Part shown: piece by piece, positions 26,597-34,013 of the stretch
Layout: every line of letters begins with the position of its first letter
How positions within the stretch are numbered: position 1 is the first letter of the stretch
From: a virus
IMG/VR virus record: IMGVR_UViG_3300036845_000721
Coordinates: 1 to 64,000 of that record
Reading direction: 5' to 3' (one strand)
DNA: 64,000 bases
Position numbers and translations under genes: made by a program
The notes under the pieces: generated by a model
The model's input: only the letters and a program-made list of their open reading frames with translations
What the model was told of the DNA's origin: nothing
Database searches by the model: none

Positions 26597-26829
26597 GCCC
26601 TCGCCGCCTCCCGCCCGGCCGGGGTGATCTCGTAGTGCACCCGGCGGCCCAGTACGCGGCGTTCCAGCAGGCCCTTGCGGACGAGGCTGGCGGCAGTCTG
26701 GTGCAGGCCTTCCAGTGAACTGCCCGCAGGCAGCTTCCCGGCCGCGACCAGGTTGCCCGGCGTCCGGACGTACTGACCCGGCTGATTGTAGGCGGCCAGC
26801 AGCCGCCGCTCGTTCCCGGTGGTTTTCAT
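26587..26829 (-). CDS. Small winged-helix protein
   Basis: LHQTAASLVRKGLLE...YEITPAG; first gene after a consensus promoter. Confidence 0.6.
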   Translation of the reverse strand: MKTTGNERRLLAAYNQPGQYVRTPGNLVAAGKLPAGSSLEGLHQTAASLVRKGLLERRVLGRRVHYEITPAGREAARAWA

Positions 26830-26879
26830 CCGGTCTCCTGATCCTGGGTGGCTCCCGGCCCTCGGGAACCGTCTCACCC

Positions 26880-26908
26880 AGTATACATCACAATCGAACA
26901 CTTGTCAA
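26880..26908 (-). promoter_or_regulatory. Near-consensus promoter TTGACA-N17-TATACT
   Basis: AGTATA (26880-26885) and TGTCAA (26903-26908) on the plus strand, 17-bp spacer; inverted repeat GAACACT-N10-AGTGTTC (26896-26919) spans the -35. Confidence 0.8.
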
Positions 26909-26938
26909 AAACAGTGTTCTGACCAGGGCGTTTAGGAG

Positions 26939-28195
26939 CTAGTGAGAACCGCCAGCAGAACCGGAACCAGGCTGCGGCCCGGCGCTGCCGCCCGGGCTGC
27001 CGAAGACCGCACTGCCGGGGGAGGCAGCACTGTGCCACTGCGCCAGGCCGGAGCTCACGCCGCTGCTGCCCCCGGCACCGTAGACGCCGGGCGGCGCCGA
27101 CCAGCTGCTCCCGCCGCCGCCGCCGCCCATGGCTGAGCTGCCGCCGGAGCCGCCGGACGTGTGCACCGTGTTAACGGTGCCGGTGCCGCCGCGGGCGGTC
27201 CAGCCGGCGTTGACCGGGCATTGTTCCTGATGCCGGCCGCCGGGCAGCTCGCAGTGCCGGCACGGCTGGCTGCCGCGTACCGGGTCGGGCGGGAAGCAGG
27301 CCAGCAGCGCGTCCCGGGTCTCGAACGCCCGCACGCCGTAGTCGCACGCCAGCCGGTCGCCGATCACCGCGATCCACGCCTCGGCATGGTCCGCGCAGGC
27401 CTGCGCCCCGTCCTGGGTGATGCCGGCGGGCATCAGCAGCCTCCGGCCGTCGCGCAGGGTGCGGACCTCGTGGCCGCCCAGCTGCGGGCGCCCGTCATTC
27501 CAGCCGGGCCACAGACCGCCGGTCCCGGGTGCTTCCGGCAGCAGGGTGAACGGCAGGTGAACGGCCAGGATGCGGGCCTTCTGCGCCCGGAAGCCGCGGA
27601 CGGCGAGCCGGGTCCGGCCCCACGCCTGGATCGCGCCGAATACCGGGATCGTGTTGGTGTAGCTGCCCATGCTGCGGTGCTCTGGCTGCCAGTACGCCCA
27701 GAACCCGCAGCTGCAGTTTTTCGCCGGGGCCTGATGCAGATGATGCGGATCGGACGGGAAGGTATAACCTCCCCGGCAGGCGGCAGTGTTAGCGCCCGGC
27801 TGCCAGTTGTCCTGCACGCCGTGCAGCTTCCCGTGCGGCCAGTTCTGCTCTGCCTCGCCGGGATCGGCCGTCCAGTCCGGGGCCGGCAGCGTCCACCACC
27901 GGTAGCCGGTCACCGAGCCCGGCACCACGGCCGGCTCCGGCTCCTCCGGCGTCACCGGGTAGCCGTCGATAGATGTCACGCGCTCACCGTGCCCTGTCGT
28001 GTTGCGGGCGGTCGTCCCGGCGGCCGGGATGTAGCCGCCGCTGGCGTACCGGGCCACCGCCACCGTCTCGCCCGGCGAAAGCCAGGCCGGCACCCCGCCG
28101 GACCCGTAGCGAGCCTGCAGGTACCGGGCCGCGGCCTCGTAGTTCGCTTGCTTTACCCTGGCAAGCTGCTCCGCCGCGTACTCGCCGTCGCCCAC
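26939..28195 (-). CDS. Hypothetical protein with conserved Cys/His domain and Gly-rich tail
   Basis: GYRWW...W.PG.N.A.C...H.AP...CSCGFWA...G.I..WG...GFRAQKARI. Confidence 0.65.
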   Translation of the reverse strand: MGDGEYAAEQLARVKQANYEAAARYLQARYGSGGVPAWLSPGETVAVARYASGGYIPAAGTTARNTTGHGERVTSIDGYPVTPEEPEPAVVPGSVTGYRWWTLPAPDWTADPGEAEQNWPHGKLHGVQDNWQPGANTAACRGGYTFPSDPHHLHQAPAKNCSCGFWAYWQPEHRSMGSYTNTIPVFGAIQAWGRTRLAVRGFRAQKARILAVHLPFTLLPEAPGTGGLWPGWNDGRPQLGGHEVRTLRDGRRLLMPAGITQDGAQACADHAEAWIAVIGDRLACDYGVRAFETRDALLACFPPDPVRGSQPCRHCELPGGRHQEQCPVNAGWTARGGTGTVNTVHTSGGSGGSSAMGGGGGGSSWSAPPGVYGAGGSSGVSSGLAQWHSAASPGSAVFGSPGGSAGPQPGSGSAGGSH

Positions 28196-28204
28196 GGCCG
28201 GATT

Positions 28205-28339
28205 CTACGCCGGAACGGGCTCGCGCGCCGGAGGATAAACGGGCTCGGCCGGGGCCGGCATCTCCGCCGGGGCCTCCAGCGGCTCGAAGATGATCGTCTC
28301 CTCGTCTTCCTCGCCGATGTCACCCGCGTAAATGCTCAT
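28205..28339 (-). CDS. 44-aa acidic Pro-rich peptide
   Basis: MSIYAGDIGEEDEETIIFEPLEAPAEMPAPAEPVYPPAREPVPA; GAGGAGGGG SD. Confidence 0.6.
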   Translation of the reverse strand: MSIYAGDIGEEDEETIIFEPLEAPAEMPAPAEPVYPPAREPVPA

Positions 28340-28353
28340 TGCCCCTCCTCCGG

Positions 28354-28998
28354 TCACGACGCCAGCGCCGGCTCGGCCGCCCGCGTCGCCTTGTTCAGCT
28401 GGTACTCGTCGTACAGGTCTTCCAGTTCCCGCAGGTAGCGGGCGCGGCCCGCGCGGTTCCAGGCCAGCTCCGGGCGGCCGATCGACAGCGCGAAATCGCG
28501 CATCTCCTGGTTGCGCTTCATCCGGGCGTCCCGGTCCTGCGCCTCTGCCGACCGGGGCAGCTGCGGGGCTCCGGGCAGCAGCCCGGCCGGGCGCACCGGC
28601 TCCCCGTACTCCGACAGCGCCGCGACGAGCGCCCGCAGGTTAGCCGGCTTCGGGCGGCGCCGGTTCGGCCCGGAGCTCTCGTTCTTGGCGATCGCGTCCC
28701 GGGTCAGGCCGCCGGACACCGGGGCGCCGCACACTGTGCACAGCCGGACAAGGCCGTGCATCTGCAATGCCGGGACCGGCTCGTGCCCGTCCGCGGGCTT
28801 GTCCCGGTGCGCGAACGGCAGCGCGTCCGGGTGCCCGTCCAGGTACAGCCGCGCGACCCGGTCGGCGAGGTCCTGCCGAGACCAGCCGTTCCGCTCGCGC
28901 CACCAGATCAGCTGATGCGGGTCGATCATGACGCCGGACGCCGGACGCCGGATAACGGGCTGGCCGCCGGGCCTCCCGTCTTCCGCCTGTGTCGTCAT
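28354..28998 (-). CDS. XRE-family HTH regulator with internal CxxC insertion
   Basis: WRERNGWSRQDLADRV...(about 50-aa insert with CTVC)...GLTRDAIAKNES...PKPANLRALVAAL. Confidence 0.65.
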   Translation of the reverse strand: MTTQAEDGRPGGQPVIRRPASGVMIDPHQLIWWRERNGWSRQDLADRVARLYLDGHPDALPFAHRDKPADGHEPVPALQMHGLVRLCTVCGAPVSGGLTRDAIAKNESSGPNRRRPKPANLRALVAALSEYGEPVRPAGLLPGAPQLPRSAEAQDRDARMKRNQEMRDFALSIGRPELAWNRAGRARYLRELEDLYDEYQLNKATRAAEPALAS

Positions 28999-29089
28999 AT
29001 CCGTCTCCGTGAAATTCCTCGCTGCGATAGCACTTACTACAGCATGATACTTAACTTATGTTAACGGCCAGTAGATCCGGGCTGTTCCC

Positions 29090-29623
29090 TCACCCGGCCG
29101 CAGCGTGCACCGGGACGTGGCCGGCGTACAGGCCGAGCAGCCGGGCCATGTCCAGCCGCGCCGCGGCGACACCGCCGTCCCGGCCCGCTGCCGCCGTTTC
29201 CTCCAGGTACGCGAGATAGCGGGGCATGGCCTCCTCATAACGGTAGTTCTGCTTCCCGGGCCGGTTGCCGGCCGTCGGGATGCCGATGCCCTCCGCCTCC
29301 GCCCACTCGCGCAGCTCCCGGTAGAAATCCCGGGTGCCGGGGATCTCGCGGCGCTTGCCCTGGCCTTTCAGCCGCTCCCGGCGCACATCGTCGCGGCTCG
29401 GCAGCTCCGGCATCTCCGGCTGCACGCCGGGCTGGTGGCCTGCCTGCAGGTACGGGTCCAGGACCGCGTCCAGCTCGCCGGCATGCTTCCTCGTCAGGTG
29501 CAGCTCGCGGACGACGCCGTTCTTGCTGATGACCACCGTCTCCCCGTCCGGGCCGATGTCGGTGTGCTCACCGCGGGCCTCGTCCAGGTTGTCGGTGAGG
29601 ACGATCTGGATCCGGACGGTCAT
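29090..29623 (-). CDS. lsr2: Lsr2-like nucleoid-associated protein
   Basis: IVLTDNLD...ETVV...ELHLT..HA.EL...L.PY..AG dimerisation domain; LREWAEAEGI in the C-terminal domain. Confidence 0.7.
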   Translation of the reverse strand: MTVRIQIVLTDNLDEARGEHTDIGPDGETVVISKNGVVRELHLTRKHAGELDAVLDPYLQAGHQPGVQPEMPELPSRDDVRRERLKGQGKRREIPGTRDFYRELREWAEAEGIGIPTAGNRPGKQNYRYEEAMPRYLAYLEETAAAGRDGGVAAARLDMARLLGLYAGHVPVHAAAG

Positions 29624-29778
29624 GACCCGTCCTCGCCGTGTACCAGGCGTACCAGGTCTTTTGCCTCCTGGCAGTTCACGATGTCACGGCGCGGCCAGTG
29701 CCAGTGGATCAGCTTCCGGCGCGGCCAGCGCGCGTAGTACACGAGGCAGATGTGCTCTCCGGGCCGGAACAGCTTCAT
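29620..29778 (-). CDS. Hypothetical protein (52 aa)
   Basis: Coupled overlaps. Confidence 0.45.
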   Translation of the reverse strand: MKLFRPGEHICLVYYARWPRRKLIHWHWPRRDIVNCQEAKDLVRLVHGEDGS

Positions 29779-29987
29779 GACCCGCCCCGTTCCGCGGCGT
29801 CGATCCGCTCGCACGCGTCGATGTACTGCTGCTGCTGGGGAGCCGTCAGCACGGCGAACCGCTCCGCCGCCTGGCGCTTCAGCTTCTCGTGCGCCCGGCC
29901 CGCGGCCGTCAGTGCCCGGTATGTGGCCAGTGCCGCCGCCACCGGGCCGTCCGGGACGGGGTCCCAGCCGTCGCCGTCGCCGCTCAC
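29775..29987 (-). CDS. Hypothetical protein
   Basis: GTGA-coupled. Confidence 0.45.
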   Translation of the reverse strand: MSGDGDGWDPVPDGPVAAALATYRALTAAGRAHEKLKRQAAERFAVLTAPQQQQYIDACERIDAAERGGS

Positions 29988-30595
29988 CCGTCCGTGTCCT
30001 CGTACTCGGCCGCGAACAGCTGGCGGCCCATCCGCCGGTAGATCTCGTTCAGGAAGTCGATCTTCGTCAGCCGTGATCCTTCCGGCCGCTTCTCCCATAC
30101 GTCGTCGTCGTAGGCGTAGCTGCGCATGTGCTCGCGGTCGAAGATGCCGCGGACCCCGTTGGAGGCGGGCAGCGTCTGGGACTTGCGCACCGTGCCGCAG
30201 AAACTGGACTCCCCGGGGACGGAGATCTTCCGGGTGCAGGCCTCGGTGATCAGGAAGGCGCCGTCGCGCTGCGGGGACGGCACCGCCCGGAAGCCCTTCG
30301 GCACCCGCACGCCCGGGACCAGCTCCGGCCATTTGTGCCCGTAGGCCAGGCAGACCAGCTGGGCGACCGACAGCCCGCGCAGGTAGGTCTCGATCTCGTG
30401 CGCCAGGTCGGACAGGATGTCCCGGTCCGCGTGCCCCGGCAGGTCCGCCCGCTCGATCAGCGGCACCCCCGCCGCGGTCAGCCGCTGCCGCAGGTCCCTG
30501 CGGCGATGATCCTCGTAGTCGTCTGCCGGGTCCGGTGCCGGGCCGGGCAGCCGGGTGCCCTCCCGGATCCGGTCAGCCAGTGCCGCGTTCGCCAT
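29984..30595 (-). CDS. Hypothetical protein
   Basis: 203 aa; SD at 30599-30607; TAGACT -10 at 30629-30634. Confidence 0.6.
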   Translation of the reverse strand: MANAALADRIREGTRLPGPAPDPADDYEDHRRRDLRQRLTAAGVPLIERADLPGHADRDILSDLAHEIETYLRGLSVAQLVCLAYGHKWPELVPGVRVPKGFRAVPSPQRDGAFLITEACTRKISVPGESSFCGTVRKSQTLPASNGVRGIFDREHMRSYAYDDDVWEKRPEGSRLTKIDFLNEIYRRMGRQLFAAEYEDTDG

Positions 30596-31164
30596 CTGCT
30601 CTCCTGATCGTAGGGTGCCGTCTGTCGCAGTCTACATAACATCCTCATGACCGGCCGGATGCCGCGGAACGCCGGGTCGTTGCCCTCCGCCTCGGTCAGC
30701 AGCTCGCGCATCGGGTCGGACATCGCCATCGACACCGCGCCGTTCCCGCGGCGGGCGGTCATCGCCTCCCGGATCACCGCGCCCGCGTCCGGCAGGCTCA
30801 CCGCCTTGTGCTGCGGCAGCTCGATGATCACGATCTCGCCGCGCGGCGGCGGCCGGTGCGGGGGGCACCGGTCCTGGCCGCGGTCGGGCAGCGACCCGCA
30901 GTACACCGCGCCCGCCGGCAGCCGGTCCCGGCGCACCTCGCCCGGCTTGCGCACGTGGCTGTCGGCGAACTCATCGAGATGCCAGACCACCGACAGGCTG
31001 GCCTGGTGCAGCACGTAGCTGCCGTCCGGCTTGCGGTACAGGGTCGCCTCGAACCACCGCGGGCGCCCGCCACCGGCCGCGCTGTACCTGGTAGTGACCG
31101 GCCCGGCGATCACCTCGCCGTCGATCTCGAAGTCCGCGAACTCGTCCCTGATAACGACAGGCAT
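30478..31164 (-). CDS. Hypothetical protein (coding-like part appears to end at the TTA at 30637-30639)
   Basis: RW.E..LYR..DG.YVLH motif; SD at 31170-31178. Confidence 0.6.
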   Translation of the reverse strand: MPVVIRDEFADFEIDGEVIAGPVTTRYSAAGGGRPRWFEATLYRKPDGSYVLHQASLSVVWHLDEFADSHVRKPGEVRRDRLPAGAVYCGSLPDRGQDRCPPHRPPPRGEIVIIELPQHKAVSLPDAGAVIREAMTARRGNGAVSMAMSDPMRELLTEAEGNDPAFRGIRPVMRMLCRLRQTAPYDQESRWRTRHWLTGSGRAPGCPARHRTRQTTTRIIAAGTCGSG

Positions 31165-31277
31165 AAACGGTCTCCTGATCTTTCCCGGGTAACAGCGCTC
31201 CTACCGGCGAGCATACGCTGCCGCCAGGGCAGACCCCGGAATGACGGCGGCCGGCGCTATGCTGGCGGGCAAGGATC

Positions 31278-31670
31278 AGGAGACCGGAAGGAACCGTGAT
31301 GGGAACCCCGAAAACCGCCGCGCCGCCGCCCGTGCCGGTGATGCCGCCGCCCGGCAGCAGGCTGGAGCAGCTGATGGTCATGCTGCCGGACGCCGAGGCC
31401 GCGCTGGCGGAGGCGAAGCAGCAGGCCGACATGATCAAGGCCGGCATCGAGACCGAGGCCGCGCAGCTGGCCACCGCGGCGAACGGCGGCCAGATCCCGT
31501 ACGGCATCCGGATCGCCGGCGTGCTCGGGCTGCCCGCCCGGATCATGCGCTGGCACGGCAGCGACACCACCTTCGACTCTGCCCGGTTCGAGGCCGACCA
31601 CCCGGGCGTGCTGGCCGCCTACCGCAAGCCCAAGCGGCCCTACTGGAAGATGGACAAAGAGGGCGGCTGA
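31278..31670 (+). CDS. Recombination-associated small protein (YqaJ C-terminal-like)
   Basis: TFDSARFEADHPGV..AY motif; first gene of the replication block (GTG/ATG starts near 31296-31299 also possible). Confidence 0.5.
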   Translation, partial: RRPEGTVMGTPKTAAPPPVPVMPPPGSRLEQLMVMLPDAEAALAEAKQQADMIKAGIETEAAQLATAANGGQIPYGIRIAGVLGLPARIMRWHGSDTTFDSARFEADHPGVLAAYRKPKRPYWKMDKEGG

Positions 31671-31705
31671 CCCCGAATGTCAGGACCCGGCGGGAGACTG
31701 GCCTC

Positions 31706-32575
31706 ATGAGCAGCCCGATGCAGCAGTTCTTCGGCCACACCCCCGTCCCGCCCGGCGGCAGCTCGGCGTGGGCGGCCGGCTACGGCCGGGACCTGCGCGA
31801 CGTCATCGTCCGGCAGGCGCACCGCCAGCCGCGCAGCGTGCAGCGGCACCTCGGCCCGTCCGAGCTGGGCGCCGAGTGCGACCGGCAGGTCGTGTCCAAG
31901 ATGTGCGGCGAGCCGGTCACCAACCACGTCTCCGACCCGTGGCCGTCGGTCGTCGGCACCGCCGTGCACGCCTGGCTGGCGGAGAAGTTCGACAACGAGA
32001 ACCGGCTCAACGGCCGGGTCCGGTGGCTGACCGAGGAGAAGGTCATGCCGCACCCGCTGTACCCCGGCACCTCCGACGTCTACGACGTCGCCGAGCAGGC
32101 GGTGGTGGACTGGAAGATCCTCGGCCCCACGTCGCTGGCCAAGCTGCAGGCCGCGGACGGGCCGCCGCAACGGTACGTGATCCAGCTGCTGCTGTACGCC
32201 TGGGGCTGGCGCAACCACGGCTTCCCGGTCCGCCGGGTCGCCATCGCCGGGCTGCCGCGCACCGCCCCGAGCCTCGCCGAGATGTACGTCTGGGACCGGT
32301 TCCTCACCCCCGCCGACGACCAGGCGGTCATCGAGATCCTGCAGCTCACCGAGGCCCGCCGTGCCGTCGCCCGGATGGTGCTCGGCGGCCAGCTGCCGAT
32401 CAGCCAGGTCAAGCGGACACCCGGCGGCGACGAGTGCTATTTCTGCAACTTCTACCGGCCGGAAACCGCCCGGGACCCCAGCATCCCCGGCTGCCCCGGG
32501 CACAGCGCCCCCGCGTCCTGGCAGCCGCCCGCCATGCCAGCCGGGAATACCGGCGGCGCACTCGCTGTAGTCTGA
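31706..32575 (+). CDS. Cas4-like PD-(D/E)XK exonuclease
   Basis: GPSELGAECDRQ, GTAVHAWL, GTSD...VVDWK, QL.LYA, C..C...C cluster. Confidence 0.8.
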   Translation: MSSPMQQFFGHTPVPPGGSSAWAAGYGRDLRDVIVRQAHRQPRSVQRHLGPSELGAECDRQVVSKMCGEPVTNHVSDPWPSVVGTAVHAWLAEKFDNENRLNGRVRWLTEEKVMPHPLYPGTSDVYDVAEQAVVDWKILGPTSLAKLQAADGPPQRYVIQLLLYAWGWRNHGFPVRRVAIAGLPRTAPSLAEMYVWDRFLTPADDQAVIEILQLTEARRAVARMVLGGQLPISQVKRTPGGDECYFCNFYRPETARDPSIPGCPGHSAPASWQPPAMPAGNTGGALAVV

Positions 32576-32644
32576 TAGCGTATTAACTCCCGGGACCACC
32601 CGGAGCCACGGAAAAGGAAAACGGAACCCCGTCAGGAGCACGAC

Positions 32645-33922
32645 ATGAGCTACCCGCCCGCACCCCCGCAGCAGGGCTACGGCCAGCCGCCCTACGACGG
32701 CGGCCAGCCCGGCTACCCGCCCGCGCCGCCCCAGGCACCGCAGCAGGGCTACGGCCAGCCCGGCTACCCCCAGCAGGGCTACGGCCAGCCCGCCTACCCC
32801 CAGCAGGGCTACCCCCAGCAGGGCTACCCGCCCCAGGCTCCCGGCTACCCGCAGCAGGGCTACGGCCAGCCCGCCTACCCGCCCCAGGCCCCGGCCGAGC
32901 CGGCTCCCCGCGGCACGCTGGCCGGCTTCTACGGCCAGCCCGCGGGCGGGTCCGGCAAGTCGATCAGCACGTTCCTGCACCGGCAGCAGGGCCAGTCCTT
33001 CACCGGCACCGTCGCCCGGGCCATCACTCCCGCCGATGTCCAGCCGCAGTACATCATGAACACCAGCCCGCCCGTGCTGCGGAAGTTCAACGACGGCAGC
33101 CCGATGATGAAGCTGGTCCTGCCGCTGCTCACCCAGCAGTCGGTCGACTTCCCCGACGGGCGCGCCTGCTGGCACGTGGCCGGGAGCAACCAGGCCGAGC
33201 TGGACCAGGCCATGTCCGAGGCCGGCGTCCCGGCAACCGACATCGGCGACGGCATGATGGTCCGGGTCCCGGAAGCCGGCGCGGTCATCACCATCACGTA
33301 CACGGGCGACCAGCCGATCCAGAACATGTCCGCGCGGAAGCTGCACCACGTCGTCTACCGGCGCCCGGCCGGCGCTGCCAACGGCCAGCCCCCCGCCGCC
33401 CAGCAGGCCCCGCCGCCCGCCCCGGCGCAGCAGCTGCCCGGCCAGCCGCCGGCTCAGCAGTGGCAGCAGCCGCCGGCTCAGCAGGGCGCGCCGCCGCAGC
33501 CGCCGGCCCAGCAATGGCAGCAGCCCCCGGCTCAGCAGGGACCGCCGCCGCAGGCCCCGGCCCAGCAGTGGCAGCAGCCGCCGGCCGTCCAGCAGCCCCC
33601 AGCCCAGCAGCAGGGCGTGCCGCCGCAGCCGCCGGCTCAGCAGTGGCAGCAGCCGGCCCAGCAGCAGGGCGCTCCGCCGCAGCCGCCGGCCCAGCAGTGG
33701 CAGCAGCCCCCGGCTCAGCAGGGACCGCCGCCGCAGGCTCCGGCCCAGGCGCCCGGCCAGCCGATGAGCGCGCCGCCCGGCACCGCGCCGGACACCGCCG
33801 CGAACATGGCCCGGCTGACCGGCCAGCCGATCCGGATCGATGACGGCACCGTCCTGCAGCCCGACGGATCGGCCGTCCGGCCCGACGGCACCGTCATCCC
33901 GCCGGCTGCCCCGGCCCAGTAA
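32645..33922 (+). CDS. Single-stranded DNA-binding protein with long Pro/Gln-rich repeat arms
   Basis: Actinophage SSB-like core (KFNDGSPMMKLVL...ITITYTG...KL..V.YRRP); N-terminal QQGYGQP repeats and C-terminal PPAQQWQQ repeats. Confidence 0.65.
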   Translation: MSYPPAPPQQGYGQPPYDGGQPGYPPAPPQAPQQGYGQPGYPQQGYGQPAYPQQGYPQQGYPPQAPGYPQQGYGQPAYPPQAPAEPAPRGTLAGFYGQPAGGSGKSISTFLHRQQGQSFTGTVARAITPADVQPQYIMNTSPPVLRKFNDGSPMMKLVLPLLTQQSVDFPDGRACWHVAGSNQAELDQAMSEAGVPATDIGDGMMVRVPEAGAVITITYTGDQPIQNMSARKLHHVVYRRPAGAANGQPPAAQQAPPPAPAQQLPGQPPAQQWQQPPAQQGAPPQPPAQQWQQPPAQQGPPPQAPAQQWQQPPAVQQPPAQQQGVPPQPPAQQWQQPAQQQGAPPQPPAQQWQQPPAQQGPPPQAPAQAPGQPMSAPPGTAPDTAANMARLTGQPIRIDDGTVLQPDGSAVRPDGTVIPPAAPAQ

Positions 33923-33938
33923 CACCCGGCCCCCGCCC

Positions 33939-33982
33939 GCCCGGCCGGGCAGCGGAACCACCCCTCCGCGGCCCGGCCGGGC
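33939..33982. terminator. Strong GC hairpin between SSB and helicase
   Basis: GCCCGGCCGGGC-A-GCGGA...TCCGC-G-GCCCGGCCGGGC. Confidence 0.5.
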
Positions 33983-34013
33983 CAGCCGTCTCCCGCCAGG
34001 AGGAGATGCCCCC

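Noticed and set aside
26894-26909. LexA/SOS box (TCGAAC-N4-GTTCGA)
   Set aside because: Only the left half matches; the right half reads GTCAAA.
31706-32575. Cas4-like gene as part of a CRISPR system
   Set aside because: No repeat-spacer array or other cas genes. It sits with SSB and helicase, the usual context of phage recombination exonucleases.
32660-33770. DNA-level tandem array (CRISPR-like or satellite) in the SSB gene
   Set aside because: The repeats are in-frame, degenerate at third codon positions and have no unique spacers, so they are protein-level repeats.
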